63,020 nt of DNA, filler included, from Basidiobolus ranarum (GCA_040143965.1; 7 parts of 7 records of this genome joined end to end with filler, not necessarily neighbours in it); one strand, 5' to 3'; positions 25,756-38,690 are shown, counted from the first letter of the whole stretch. Notes: generated by a model not told the origin, from the letters alone. Program-made: numbers and translations.

Positions 25756-26976
25756 ATGCCCTTCTGTGAAACAGGTAGTGCGCAAATTCAACAAACCGGA
25801 GGTTTTGCTTATGGTTTACTCGACTTGAGCAAAGATCAAGAGTTTCAATTTTCTGAAAATCCTAGTAAGCATTGACTGCTTTTTATAAAATAGGCTAAGG
25901 TCATGTTATTTACTAATGAACTATTAACAGAGGTAGTTCATCAGGCTGACAAGGCACATCACAAGAAGCCTGGAAGGAAACCGCTAACCAACATTCCTGA
26001 TAGCGTAAGTATTTGGAAAGACATCCCAAGTATACAATAAATTAACCAATTTTATGTCTATTCATATTAATAGAAACGCAAAGCCCAGATCTTGACTGCT
26101 CAGCGGGCATTTCGCGATCGTAAGAAATGTTATGTCCAAGATCTTGAGAATAAAGTGAAGGACTGTGAACATTCTCATAGTACTACAATTACCTCCTTGC
26201 AAAGGGAGTTGATGGAGCTCAAAGAACGCTTAGCGCGGTTAGAACAAGAGAACCAAACGCTCAAAAAAGAAGAGACCACTCCTATATCAAACTGTTGTAA
26301 CTCCAATGCAAATTATTTGCTACCTACAATCTCCAATTGTTCTGAGGCCTTTAGAGGCTTGCCTGCTCAGTTTGAATATACTCAATTTCCTACATTGAGT
26401 AGCTCTACCGTGTCTAATCAAAACCCAGGAGTACCATCTATTCCGGAGATGGGTTATCCGCAGTTCGAAGATCCTTATCAGAGGTTTCCAGTTTCGAATT
26501 CTTACGGGAATGTAGATTTCGTTCCCGCTGGTATATCTCGTGTCAATATCCTATCAGGTAACCTACACTCCGAGCCAGCACACCTATCAGATTCCGACCC
26601 ATCTACCCATTCATTATCAGATATACCGAAAACACCCAATGATCTACGCGGGACACAGGAGTATACGAATTCTCAGTACGATCCACCATTTTATCATCTG
26701 GATGCTTCAACTAGTCCTCCATCGAGTGTATCAGAGCCGTCAAACAATATTTCAAGATGTAATGGTTGCAACAGCCCAGAGCTTAATCCACAATATAATA
26801 GTTGTAACAGCCCAGAGCTTAATCCACAATGTAATGGCTGTGGTAGCCCGGAGCCCAAGCCAGCATGTAATGGTTGTAACAGCTCAAAGCTTAATCCACA
26901 ATGTAATGGTTGTGATAGCCCGGAGCCCAAGCCAGCATGTAATGGTAGCAACAGCCCAGGACTCAAGCCACAATGA
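25756..26976 (+). CDS. Yap/AP-1-like bZIP transcription factor with an atypical basic region and Cys-rich repeat tail
   Basis: Spliced KKPGRKPLTNIPDS|KRKAQILTAQRAFRDRKKCYVQDLENKV (intron 26005-26073) followed by a leucine zipper. Two short upstream exons give MPFCETDQEFQFSENPK (tentative). Confidence 0.82.
26758..26973 (+). repeat. Six tandem 36-bp coding repeats (12 aa, consensus CNGCNSPELNPQ)
   Basis: Units start at 26758, 26794, 26830, 26866, 26902, 26938. Confidence 0.95.
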
Positions 26977-26985
26977 AACGAGTAT

Positions 26986-27085
26986 NNNNNNNNNNNNNNN
27001 NNNNNNNNNNNNNNNNNNNNNNNNNNNNNTTAATTAATTAANNNNNNNNNNNNNNNNNNNNNNNNNNNNNNNNNNNNNNNNNNNN
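26986..27085. other. Artificial contig spacer
   Basis: N-run/TTAATTAATTAA/N-run. Confidence 0.99.
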
Positions 27086-27677
27086 CATGTTTGGTTCATA
27101 AAGGCTAGTGAATTACCAAATGATTAGATTACACCTTACACCTTTGGTTCTTTTTCAAACCATATTTGGTCCCAGGTGGTCTTGTACAACTAGAAAAATC
27201 CCTCAGCTTCTGTTTTCAAACTGTACTAGCATCAAAATATCCCTAAAAAAATCGAATGGGGAAATTCCAAAAAGGAAATCTCCAGAGTACCCCTATTCAA
27301 TAGGTCATTCAATCGTGATCATAGCAAATCTCACCCAGAATTTTCTTAAACTATAATCATAGAGGGCACAATCAGGAGAATCATTCAATGATGTGTTAGG
27401 CTCTCATCATCATATAACTTAAAGTTGAATAAGCGAGCCACTAAAAAGTAAGAATAAGGGCATGAGGTAGGACGGACGGACGAGAGTAAATATTCCGATA
27501 TGAGCAAAAATAATGGAGCCAATGATTACCGATATCCATATCACGCATCAAAAGTAGTTACTGGCATGTTGGCAGTCCTGTGCAAATGCCCATAGTATAA
27601 AGCTTCTGCGTTGCTTCACTCAAAAAGCAGCTCAGTAAGAGTCTACTCAGTGTCACAGCTAACATACAAGCGCCAGA

Positions 27678-29341
27678 ATGGAAATTCATGATTATACTTG
27701 GCTCTTTGTAGTCGGCTTATTATTCTCTATGCTCGATGCTTATGGCATCGGTGCTAACGATGTAGCCAACTCATTCTCCACCTCAGTTGCTTCCAAATCT
27801 TTGACATTGGCTCAAGCCTGTTGCATCGCTATCTTCACTGAGTTCTTCGGTGCTCTGTTACTTGGTTCAGGGACTTCTGAGACTATCCGTGGAAAGATCA
27901 TTTCCCTTGAGAACTTCGCTGGTCAGCCAGAGCTTCTTATGGTAAGTTAACATCTGACTATCAACATTGTACCTTCTTCTCCTTGCATACTTGAGTTTTT
28001 GTATTCCTTTTCCCCTGCTTCCTAATCATTCACCCATTACTCACATGTTCTTTCAACCTATTCTTGTAGCTTGCTATGGTATGCGCTGTTGTCGGATCAT
28101 CTCTTTGGGTAATCTTTGCCACACGTAATGGCTGGCCTGTTTCTACTACACACTCCATCGTTGGTGCCATCATCGGTGTTGGTATATCCGCTTTTGGAGT
28201 TGACAGTGTTGATTGGAGCTACAATGGAGTTGCCAAGATTGTGACCTCCTGGTTCATCTCTCCCGTAGCTGCCGGAATCATCGCCAGTATCATCTATTTG
28301 GTGACCAAATTCCTTGTGTTGGCAAAACCCAACTCTTTTGAGCGTGGCCTTCGTGCAATCCCCTTCTATTTCGGTATGACCATCTTCATCTGCTTAATTT
28401 ACCTCTTCTATAAGGCTCCTGGCTTCAAGGAACTCACTGAGGATAGTGTTGGCCTTGTCTGGGGTCTCACCTCTGGTATCACCTTACTGGTTATGGCCTT
28501 CTGCTGGTTTTTCATTGCTCCCTGGTTCCGTCGTACCATCCGTGGTAATGAGAACCTTCGGTGGTACCATGTCTTCGTCACTCCTATGATCAGTACTCGT
28601 CCCGCAAAGCCAGAAGCTGCTCTTGAGTTGAATGAAGATGGAAGTAAGAAGCTTGAAGACCATGAACTCGCAGAGGAGGAGCTTGCACCCACTGGACCCT
28701 TCGGTAAACTCAAGAAATTGGTCCTTAATGGTATCCGTAAGGATGTGGTCAGTTGCAAGGGTGAAAGACTCAAGAAGATTCATGATGCTGCTGACAGATA
28801 CGATGATGATACCGAGTATATGTATAGCTTTATCCAAATCATCACCGCCAGTATGGCTAGTTTCGCCCATGGCTCCAATGATGTTGCTAACGCCGTCGGC
28901 CCTCTCTCTACCATCTACTATGTGTGGTCTACGGCGACTGTTGATGTTAGTGGTAAGACTGCAGTGCCTTTATGGATTCTTGCTATGGGAGGTGTCTTCA
29001 TTGACATTGGTCTTTTGACCTATGGTTACAATATCATGCGCACACTTGGCAACAAGATCACATATCACTCTCCATCCCGTGGGTTCAGTATGGAATTAGG
29101 AAGTTGTCTTACTGTACTCACAGCCTCTCAAATTGGTCTCCCTGTATCCACGACTCACTGTATCACTGGTGCCACTGCCGCTGTGGGTCTCTGTAACGGA
29201 AGTGCAAAGACCATCAACTGGAGAATGATCGCATGGTGTTTCTTTTCCTGGATTCTTACCCTTCCTTGTGCAGGATTAGTCGCAGGTTTACTCTTTTCAT
29301 TTGCTGCTTACGCCCCAAAACTCATACTCACTCCAGTGTAA
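27678..29341 (+). CDS. PHO89: PiT/PHO4-family Na+/phosphate symporter, 2 exons
   Basis: GANDVAN, PVSTTH (twice), HGSNDVAN; intron 27942-28069. Confidence 0.95.
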
Positions 29342-30797
29342 GTGTATTACTCTACACTCTTCGTATGTAATATTATTTGATTCGCTTTACAATCAGCATC
29401 GTGTTAGTAATAGAGTTAGACACAAGTTGATTTGACACCTTAAACAAATCGCTTTGACCAATACTGCACTACCGCATTAAGGTTAAACACTATCTAGTGG
29501 AATCCCATAAACACCAATAAATATTCTTGACAAAAAATAGTGATGATTTATAGTTTTCATTTATCTAACTTAGATGCCATATAGGCCCATTAGTATTTGT
29601 AATCAAATTGGTAACTTTTGTTATCTACAGGATCTTACTCTAAAATTGGACGATGTCAGTACTTGTTTTAGACGCTTTACTTATCCTCTTACACATCGCT
29701 AGTGTACGGTTATATGTAGTTAATAAAGTTGTAAATTAATGCCAACAATAATGTCTGAAAGAGAACCGAGTTTGTCTCAAAAAAAATCTGAATTTTCAGA
29801 TCATCGAGAATTGGATTTCCAATCGGCTCATTTTAGAGTAAAACACTGTAATACTCTCAGTTGGGCAACAAGAACTTGACAGGTCAGCACACTTATCCAG
29901 GTATGAAACTGAGCCCTTATGATCTCTACAACTGAAATAGGTATTATACAGTGAGAGCCCGTATAGTTTAGCGAACTAGTATTTCGACGCCCATTTCTAG
30001 TAATAAATAACCTGATTTCAATGAATGAAGCCAGTCACAGCCTAGTAAATTATATGCAGCACCCTCAATTAAATTGCTGATATTACCCAAATGAATTCCA
30101 ACACCAAGCACTACAACACAGCTACACACTATTTATTAAGCCCTTTCCTAGAAAGTAATGTTCTATGTCAAACTCAGACAAATTAGATTCTGCGTACGCC
30201 ACTATTTATTCATCGTATTGGATTGGCCCAGCACTAATTGGTAATGTTTCCTGTGAATGGCGAGAGATCACTGAATATTCAGGCAACGGAATCCCCTTCC
30301 CTGATCAACGCTAAATAACTGGCGTACTCCTTCGTGTGCTCTGATCATCATCACACAGGCTGTTATCGGTGCTTGATTGCGAAGGGTGGATTGATGAGGA
30401 AACAAGGGAAACAGCCCCATCAATGGATACATCAGCTGTCAAGGATAAATGAAGGGAAATTCTTTCTAGCGTAGGAAACATTCTCTCCTATGTTGACGAG
30501 TAGCATAAGCGTCTGACTTTGCACCATGCATACCAACGGGTAAAACATGTTTATGCAGATGTTGAAATTCCTAACTCACATGAAACGCTCCTTATATAGA
30601 GTAATCATCGTTTGGAAATAAAAGCCAGTCACAATTTCACGATCTGGACTTTTCATCCATTTCTTTAGACTCTAGGTTGTTGCTACGCATCGCACCATCC
30701 TTAGATTTCATCCTTAGATAATATTTGCAACACCCCAAAGACATCACATCAGTACAAGATATAACTTGATTACCTCGGAGCTTCAGCCCATTTCTGT

Positions 30798-31500
30798 ATG
30801 TCAATGATTGAGACTAGTATTAACCACCATCAAAATCCGGGCTTTTACATTCGGGATAGTTCACGTACAAGTGTTTTATTGAGAAACACTCAGTCAAGAC
30901 CCAACTTCGATTACAAGCCAGTGTTTGTCCTGACCTGCCGGTTTTGTGAGAATTTCTTTTGCGAACGGGGAATGAAGGCGGTGTTACTGGCCGACTGCAA
31001 AGTAGAGTTGTACTCGACGGATGCTGTACCTTTCAGGTGACTCCTTTGCCGTATTCTCTTAACCAAATCCCAATACTAATAGAGAGACTTGCTTTGGTAT
31101 AGGGCTCAAGGAATAGGACCAGAGTATCTAACTGAAAAATGTGCATGTAGTATACGTGATGTTGCATGCCTGGACTGGTAAGTATTTTACATGTACTCCT
31201 ATCGTAACATCCCTGATTTAATCGATTAATCACATCAGCGGAAATGTGGTAGGATACAACGTAACCCTAGCCTGTCCTAGTTGTTTATCAGACTACAACA
31301 ACGGGCACTATTGGATATTCCATTCGGCTACGGTGAAGTCCACGGAGCGTTTGTCACCAGGTTTGATTTATCTATGTTCAATTTCAGCACTGACCTTGGC
31401 CCTAATTAGTCTTTCAAGAATCCACACCTATCCTATGGGGAGCAATACAAACTCCTGAGCTAGACGATTGTACAGCAAAGTTGATTGAATTAGATCGTTA
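30798..31500 (+). CDS. FAM72-family protein, copy 1 (4 exons)
   Basis: Exons 30798-31036, 31103-31177, 31239-31360, 31419-31500: LTCRFCENFFCERGMKAVLLADCKVELYSTD...CACSIRDVACLDCGNVVGY...CPSCLSDYNNGHYWIFHS...ILWG...ELDR*; matches the recalled FAM72 motifs. Confidence 0.9.
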
Positions 31501-32582
31501 ACTTAGTCTAATAGAAGAGGTTTTTGACAGTCTGATTCAGAAACACTCACTTAGTATAACACGGTTTTTTCCAAACAAAAACTAATTAGTCGCCTGTTAT
31601 TATGTAATTTATATGTATCTTTTTCTAAAAACCTCGTTTCACTGTTAAACTCGCCAGAAGCAGGCGAGGCAGTACTTTTCCACTTAATCTAGATTTAAAA
31701 ATGAAGTGTCGTATGAAATCCAAAATCCCCCTGATAAAGAATTTTGTGATTACACATTATAAATGAAGGAGCAACGCCCAAGCATCGTGATAACTAACAA
31801 TCCCAAATAAATTGGGAGTAATTATTGATATGAGCGTAGAAGATTCTCAAAATCCAGGGTTGATTTAACATCCCTTGAAACAATCTACAGAAGCCGGCTG
31901 AGAATTCTTGGTTTGAACTCGGCATGGCTAGTGATCTTCACACTGAGCACCTTGGTGGAGGTTGTCAATAGCCCTCGTGAGTACATGACGCTGGCCAAGA
32001 AGAGAAAGGATCAAACGAGTATTGCTGTACGAGCTTTAATGTCCTTGCTGTACGAGCGTGTGGGCTTGGTGCGTGAATGTGCCTTGATTCCTAGCGTAGT
32101 AAATCACCAGTATTGTTGATGATCCAAATATGACTAATCCTTTATATTAATATACAAGTCTCATGATTTCATACGACCTATCCAATCGTGATATTTGGAT
32201 CATTCAGGTATGGTGAGGTTTGTTCGACATGAAAAAAAGCTAGTCACATGAAGACTTTTCTTTACAGTACCATATGTCCCTGTTTCGGATATTAGTCCAA
32301 TGGAAATTCCAGGGCTACATTTCATTTTCAATAGAATTTTCGTACTTGGATAGGGCTTTTTTATTATTTGGAATTGTTTCCCTTTTTCAATTGTTTGTTT
32401 ATGGTCTCTTGTTTTCAACTCTACATTAGTTAGTTATTCCAACCACGTGTTAGACCTTACTTCTACCATATCCCTCCACTTTCTAACTTTACTTTAAGTA
32501 TATCCAGCTTACATCTCTCACTGTCACTCTCATTTAAACCCAACACTCCAATTGACAAATAACTACACTAAACTCCGAAAGA

Positions 32583-33261
32583 ATGGTCAAGACACCACAA
32601 ACATTGAGCACAGGAAGGAAAGTGCTCCTATTGAGTTGTAAGCATTGTCAAACTCTGCTTACCGATAGGGCTATGAAGGTAAAAAGAATGCACTTTTCTC
32701 ACTCTCTGAGGGGCGTATCTCCCCAGAATATGATGCATACTATCCTCATTTGAAAAGGAACTTACAGAGTATATTTATCTAGGCAATGCTAGTTGCTAGA
32801 CCTAGTGTACATCTGTACTCTACGGACTGGGAACCGATGAATTGTAAATCTGCGGTGGACGAACAAGATCGTCTAAGAATCTCATGTTCTTGCGAGTTAC
32901 AACGTACCGCTTGTTCCTGTTGGTAAGTTCAATGAAACGGTTTCCAAGTCAACATTGACTAACCAAGCTATAGTGGGAACATTGTAGGATATTACATTGT
33001 CCATCCATGTAACCGCTGTATTAGTCAAAATACTAATGGACATAAATGGGTATTCCATTTAGAAGATGTAGAAGAGGTATCCAGATTAAATTTACATGGT
33101 AAGCAAATAGATGATGAAGAGTCGAGCAAAACGTCACTAATGTTTTATCCCTTCGTGCAGGAAATGGATATCTTTATTGGGACACTTTAAAATCCAATGA
33201 ACCTGATGATCTGTTGTTTTTGGTCAAGTCCTATCCCAATCATATTGTAATTAATCGATGA
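32583..33261 (+). CDS. FAM72-family protein, copy 2 (4 exons, divergent)
   Basis: Exons 32583-32678, 32783-32922, 32974-33098, 33161-33261: LSCKHCQTLLTDRAMKAMLVARPSVHLYSTD...CSCELQRTACSCCGNIVGY...PCNRCISQNTNGHKWVFH...LYW...VINR*. Not in the ORF track. Confidence 0.85.
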
Positions 33262-33972
33262 GCTGGGAGAAGCACCTGCTATCATGAACGAAATGAAGAT
33301 ATCTCTCGTACCTGAAGAACAAAATTGAATGGACTTCCCAATCCCCTGATGTGAGAGTTGTAAAGTATATATATATATGGGTTTGACTTATATTTACTTA
33401 ATCAGCTCCACCACAACCCATTTCCAACTACAATCCTTATATGTAAATACTATATAACTTACATATGAACACATCTAACCAAATATTAGAGACGAAACTA
33501 TCAATATCTATACTGCTTCTTCACATTGAGCCTCTCTTCTCTACCATATCCTAAATATTGAAATAAATCTAGACTTTGAACAAAGTAGGAGTATCCTGTG
33601 CATCCCCTTTTTTCGAACGCTACATGGTGATCGTCAATTGTGGCTTGTTTTTGGGATCTTTTTGATGACATCGCAGTCTCATCAGACTAACGATACATTT
33701 GTATTTATTTATTTCTTAGATTTCGAGAATTGATTCTTATCACAAATAAATGAAAGGGATACATGCATAACTCATGGTATTCATGGATTTTGTTATGTAA
33801 AGGTTGAAATACAAGAAAGTGCAAGTGAAATGTAAAGATATAAACCTGTTTGCTTGTTAGTATATATATGTATTAAATGGTAAAGTATTCGCTAGCTATT
33901 ATCCGCTAAGCTCACTAAACATAAATTCATATGTCGTAGGAATAAAGAGGAAATATATAGGATAAACAATTT

Positions 33973-36004
33973 CTATGAAAGATGGAAGCTACCCTGACCT
34001 TCTTTCATGGCTGTATCTAGCTTACTTTTCATCACATCTTGGGATGTGTAATTCGGCATCTTTAGATAGTTCACACATGTCATCACCGAAGGTAAGTAAT
34101 CATCAGGAGTTAGTGGTAGCTCATTAGGCTTGCATACAACCGTAAATCTTGGAGTAAGGCTTTTAAATCCACCGATAGGTAGTCTGGGACTTCCAGTCAC
34201 AAACCGTAAGAATTCCCTACGTTCTTTAGACGTGAAACTGCTCATGATTTCAACGAGGTACTTAATGGAGAGACTATCCGGTGTATATCCATGATCAGCC
34301 CTAATCGCATCCAACAAAGTCGAAGGTGACCAGTCCTCTTCTGCTTGGCCAAATAGCATTACGAGCTCGTCTGCACTAAAAGTCTTAAGATGTTTTGAAG
34401 GGAATACCGTATCGAATCCACTACGGAATGCTTCAATCTGTTTGGTAACACCTGAGCCAACCGTGTATTCTATTACAGCATCCAAGTATTCTTCAACATT
34501 CTGAATATTCACTGGCGTATTTGCTCCGTTCTCGGTCAGCTCAATATCCGGGTAACCTGGCAATGTACAATCTAAGCAAATATCTTCCAAACTGACACCT
34601 TGATACTTGATTCTCCTCAAGGATTTTTGACGTTGCACCTCTGATAGAGCGAAGTCTTGAAGGATACGTTGTTTTTCTCGAGCAAAGTAACTAATAACTT
34701 CCAAAGAGTTACCAATGCCGCTATCAACCTGCCTAATATCAGATAGAGTTTGGATTTTTTCTTGTGGATTCAGAAAAATCTTGAAGAATATCGAATTCAA
34801 AGGTAAATCGATGATTCGAGTATCAAATAGTGCTTTAGCCACAAATTTTCCCATAGCTTTGTAAAGATTTAAAATCCGAATCCCATTTTCACTCTCGAAA
34901 TAGAGTTCACTCCTAGGACGTGGGAATAAACCTTGAGAGCTAGTAGCATAGCTCCCGCTAGTACTTGAATTCCCATCATCCCTCCAGAGAGTCAATGATC
35001 TTTTGCAGAATTCCTTGGAAACTGCAGCATAAAACTCCAACGTAGGCCCCAGGCCTGTCCCAACTTCTTCGAAATACTCTACCTCAAGAATGGATGGCAG
35101 AGACCCATAAAGATCCATCACCTTTACTGCCGATTCTAGTATACGTGGTCGCGAAATACGCACCTTTTGTCTTTGAATACGACCTAATACAGGCTGCAAG
35201 TCATCGCGTCGAGAATCTAATCGACTGCTACGTGCTTGTATGTTCTGATAACGAGCGATAGATCTCGAACAACCAAACGCGGTAGACTGCAAATAGAGAT
35301 AACGAGTTTCAAATGGAAACAGAAATGAATATTCTTTTGTCAAGTATTCACACCAATTTGGCAGACATGAATTAACTACAATCATAGGCTCTTCTAGTTG
35401 TCTATTCATTTTAGCAGTAAGTTTGACATTTATGAAGTTGGAAGGTTGGAGAACAGCCAACGATTTCCCACAAATACTTGTCTGAGAATGAATTTCCAAA
35501 CACCTGGTATTTAGAGTGTGAAGTTCTCGAAGAAGTCGAAGTATCTGAGAATATACGTTCTTATGATCATAATAGCCAGTACATGCCGCGGCTTCTTCAA
35601 AGCTGGATGATTGTAATTGGAGCATTTCCAAGTTCTTCGGAGGATCATAGACCTTTTTGTATTTGATAGCATAAATAGAAGACCATCTATTGCGACTCTT
35701 GTCGGTGGATTGTTTGATATACTGGTGGATAGCTTTATAAATAGTCCATTCGTTGTCAATGGCAACATCTCCAATACTGAATTCAAAATGCCAGCTATCC
35801 TGGGGATCATTTGTCATAGTTCTTGTCATTTTTCCTTTACCTATACCAATTTGTTTGGCATAGGCTACATCTTCGTCAATTCCCATATCAGAAGAATCAC
35901 TTTCTTCATTGATTTCTATTCCCTCACAACATTCATTGTATTCGTATTTTTTGGAATCAGAAATATCTCTCAATTCATTATTCTCATCTGAATCCCCTAG
36001 ATCG
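33973..36004 (-). CDS. UFD4: HECT E3 ubiquitin ligase, Ufd4/TRIP12 type (5' truncated)
   Basis: KLTAKMNRQLEEP, FLFPFETR, EVGTGLGPTLEFY, LPSVMTCVNYLKMP, GQGSFHLS. Confidence 0.93.
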
Positions 36005-36104
36005 NNNNNNNNNNNNNNNNNNNNNNNNNNNNNNNNNNNNNNNNNNNNTTAATTAATTAANNNNNNNNNNNNNNNNNNNNNNNNNNNNNNNNNNNNNNNN
36101 NNNN
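36005..36104. other. Artificial contig spacer
   Basis: N-run/TTAATTAATTAA/N-run. Confidence 0.99.
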
Positions 36105-36398
36105 TAAATTTCCCTCGGAATAAAATGCAATTGAATGAATTCACGGCAATTTATTTCATGTAGGAGAAAGGCAAATCAGATGGAATAATATCAAAAGTCT
36201 TTTGTTGTCAGAGTTGATCTTACAGATATCCATAACACTCAGTTAATAGCAGTTCACCTGCGCGTATTGGAATAAGCATTTTGTCAACAGTTGGTTCAAT
36301 TATTAGGAATGCTTTATTTGACAATAGGACTGCCCACTGAAGTTGGGTTTATTAAGGTGAATGATGGTATATGGGTGAATGATATGCCGTTACTACTT

Positions 36399-37460
36399 TC
36401 AATCGATCACTTTCTCGGCTTGAGAATTTCTTTGCTTCATACGTAAATAATTATACCGAAGTAGTGCTTGAGAATTACTCTTGGTTGGTAATTCCTGTGC
36501 TATCCGTGCCCAATCATGGCCATATTTCTTTACTAACTTTAAGAGCTGCTCATTTTCTTCATTTGTCCAACGACCAGTGGTAATTTTAGGATTTACATGC
36601 GAGTCATATCGTGCTTGTAGTTGATATCGAGTTCTTCCAGGAATCGATTCTGAGATTTTCGTCCAGTTTCTACCATATGTTTGACATCCCTTCAAGAGCA
36701 ATGCATCCTCTTCTGGAGACCATTTACCACGTTTAGTGTTGGGGTGAAGAACTCTATCATAACGAACTAAGGCGTGTCTACCCGTTCTCCCAGGAATATC
36801 TTTGACAATCTTACCCCAATCACGACCATATTTCTCTACACCATCCAGTAGAGTAAGATCTTCTTCCTCTGTCCACCGACCTGTCTTCACATCTGGCTTG
36901 AATCGAGACTGCCACCGAGAGTAGCAGCAAGCAGAGGAACGACCGAGAACGTCGGAAATAACCTTCCACTTGCCACGATATTGTTCCATTGAAGTTAGTG
37001 ATCTCAGGGTTTCGTCTTCTTCAGCAGACCACGGTCCCTTTTTAAAGTTATTCATCAAAATCAAGTGCATTTGATAGCAAGAATTCGGAGTTCTACCTGG
37101 AAATAGTGTCGAAGCGATGTGGCTCCAACGATTTCCAAATGTTTTCACCGCTGTCATTAACTTTTCACGTTCCTCTTCCGTCCACTTGTGCGAAACTCGT
37201 TTTTCACTAGGCAACCGCTTCTTAGAAGTATGTTTCCACACAACTTCCTTCTCGACTTCAGTGTCAGTGTTTTTTGTGACATCTCCAATATATCGTGACT
37301 GAGCTGTGAAGGTGGGCTTTAAAAAAGGAAAATTGACCCGTATAACAAATGGTTCTACACAAATAGGACAAATTCGACTAACTTAGTATCCAACTGAAAA
37401 CCACAGAGCAAATAAAGTTTAACAAATAAACTTACGCGTCTGTGAAAAGAATTTCAGCAT
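36399..37460 (-). CDS. Five-repeat Myb/SANT protein with a presequence-like N-terminus
   Basis: Exon 1 37460-37436, intron 37435-37355, exon 2 37354-36399 in frame; five W(T/S)xEE...W..I...(GR/TK) repeats and little else. Confidence 0.88.
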
Positions 37461-37752
37461 ATCGAAAGAGGACAAATTTTGAGCTGGAGAATGAGAAATT
37501 ATTATAGCCAAATAAATCTTCATGATTGGGCAGGCCTCTATCGATGCGATTTTATTTAAAGTACTCCAAAAGTAAATCAGATTGGATTAGTGATACTGTG
37601 GTTTATAGAAGTGTTGGTGGATACTTCCTGCAAACGCTGTACCACTCATCTAACAATTCTCAAATTGCAACCAATATTCCATAGTGTAGCTTATTTAACC
37701 ATAAGTAAAGATGTGTCTATGTAGGTGTAATGCATGGATGTAATGCATACGT

Positions 37753-38690
37753 TCAATCGATCTGTGTTTTCTCGATTTTTCTTTCCTTTAGCCATGTATT
37801 ATGGTATCGATGCTTTACTTGAATATTGTTCTTGGTTGATATTTCCTGTGCTATCTGTACCCAATTACGACCATATTTGTCTACTAGCTTTAGAAGCAGC
37901 TCATTTTCTTCGTCAGTCCAGGGAATTTCGGGATTCACATGTTGATCATATCTTAATTGTGATTGGACTCGTGTTCTACCCAGAATCGATTCAGAAATGT
38001 TAATCCAGTCTCTACCATATGTTTGGAATCCCTTCAACAGTAAGGCATCCTCTTCTGGAGACCATGAATCATGCTTAATTTTGGGGTTAAGAACTCGATC
38101 ACAACGCTCTAAGACCTGTTTGCTGATTCTCCCTGGACTATCCTGAACAATCATTCCCCAATCACGACCATATTTCTCTACACCTCACATTAGAGCAGAT
38201 CTTCTGTCCACGGACCTTTCTTCACGTCTGGTTTGATAGTAGACTTCCATCGATTTTGGCAGCCCGAAAGATAATAACGAGTATGTCGGAAATGACCTTC
38301 CACTTGCCACGATTTTGCTCCATAGATGTTAGAGTTCTCAGCGTTTCGTCTTCCTCAGGAGTCCACCGTCCCTTTTTAAAGTTGCTGACTAAAATTAAAT
38401 GCATTTGAGAACAAGAATTGGGAGTTCTATTTGGAAACAATTGCGAAGCAATGACATTCCAACGTGTTCCGTATATATCTACTCCTTTCAGTAACTTTTG
38501 ACGTTCCTCTTCGGTCCACTTTCGGGTAACCCGTTTTGGTTTAGGTAACGACTTTCTGGGAATATTCGACACCTTTTCTTCCTCGATTACCGTATCGTCA
38601 GTATTTGTGACATTTCCAGAATATCGTAGTTGAGAAATGAAATGAAATCTAACATATAAACTTACGCTTCTATGAGAAGAATCTCAACAT
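37753..38690 (-). pseudogene. Tandem pseudogenised copy of the Myb-repeat gene
   Basis: Exon 1 reads MLRFFS*K (CAG>TAG); the intron/exon 2 junction is partly deleted; frameshifting indels around 38200-38280 split it into ORFs 38222-38572 and 37753-38154. Confidence 0.85.

Noticed and set aside
18064-26976. Hap3 and a Cys-rich bZIP on one contig as a HapX/CCAAT-complex gene cluster
   Set aside because: The bZIP lacks the Hap4-like motif upstream of KPGRKP and has CNGC rather than CGFC motifs; unrelated housekeeping genes lie between them.
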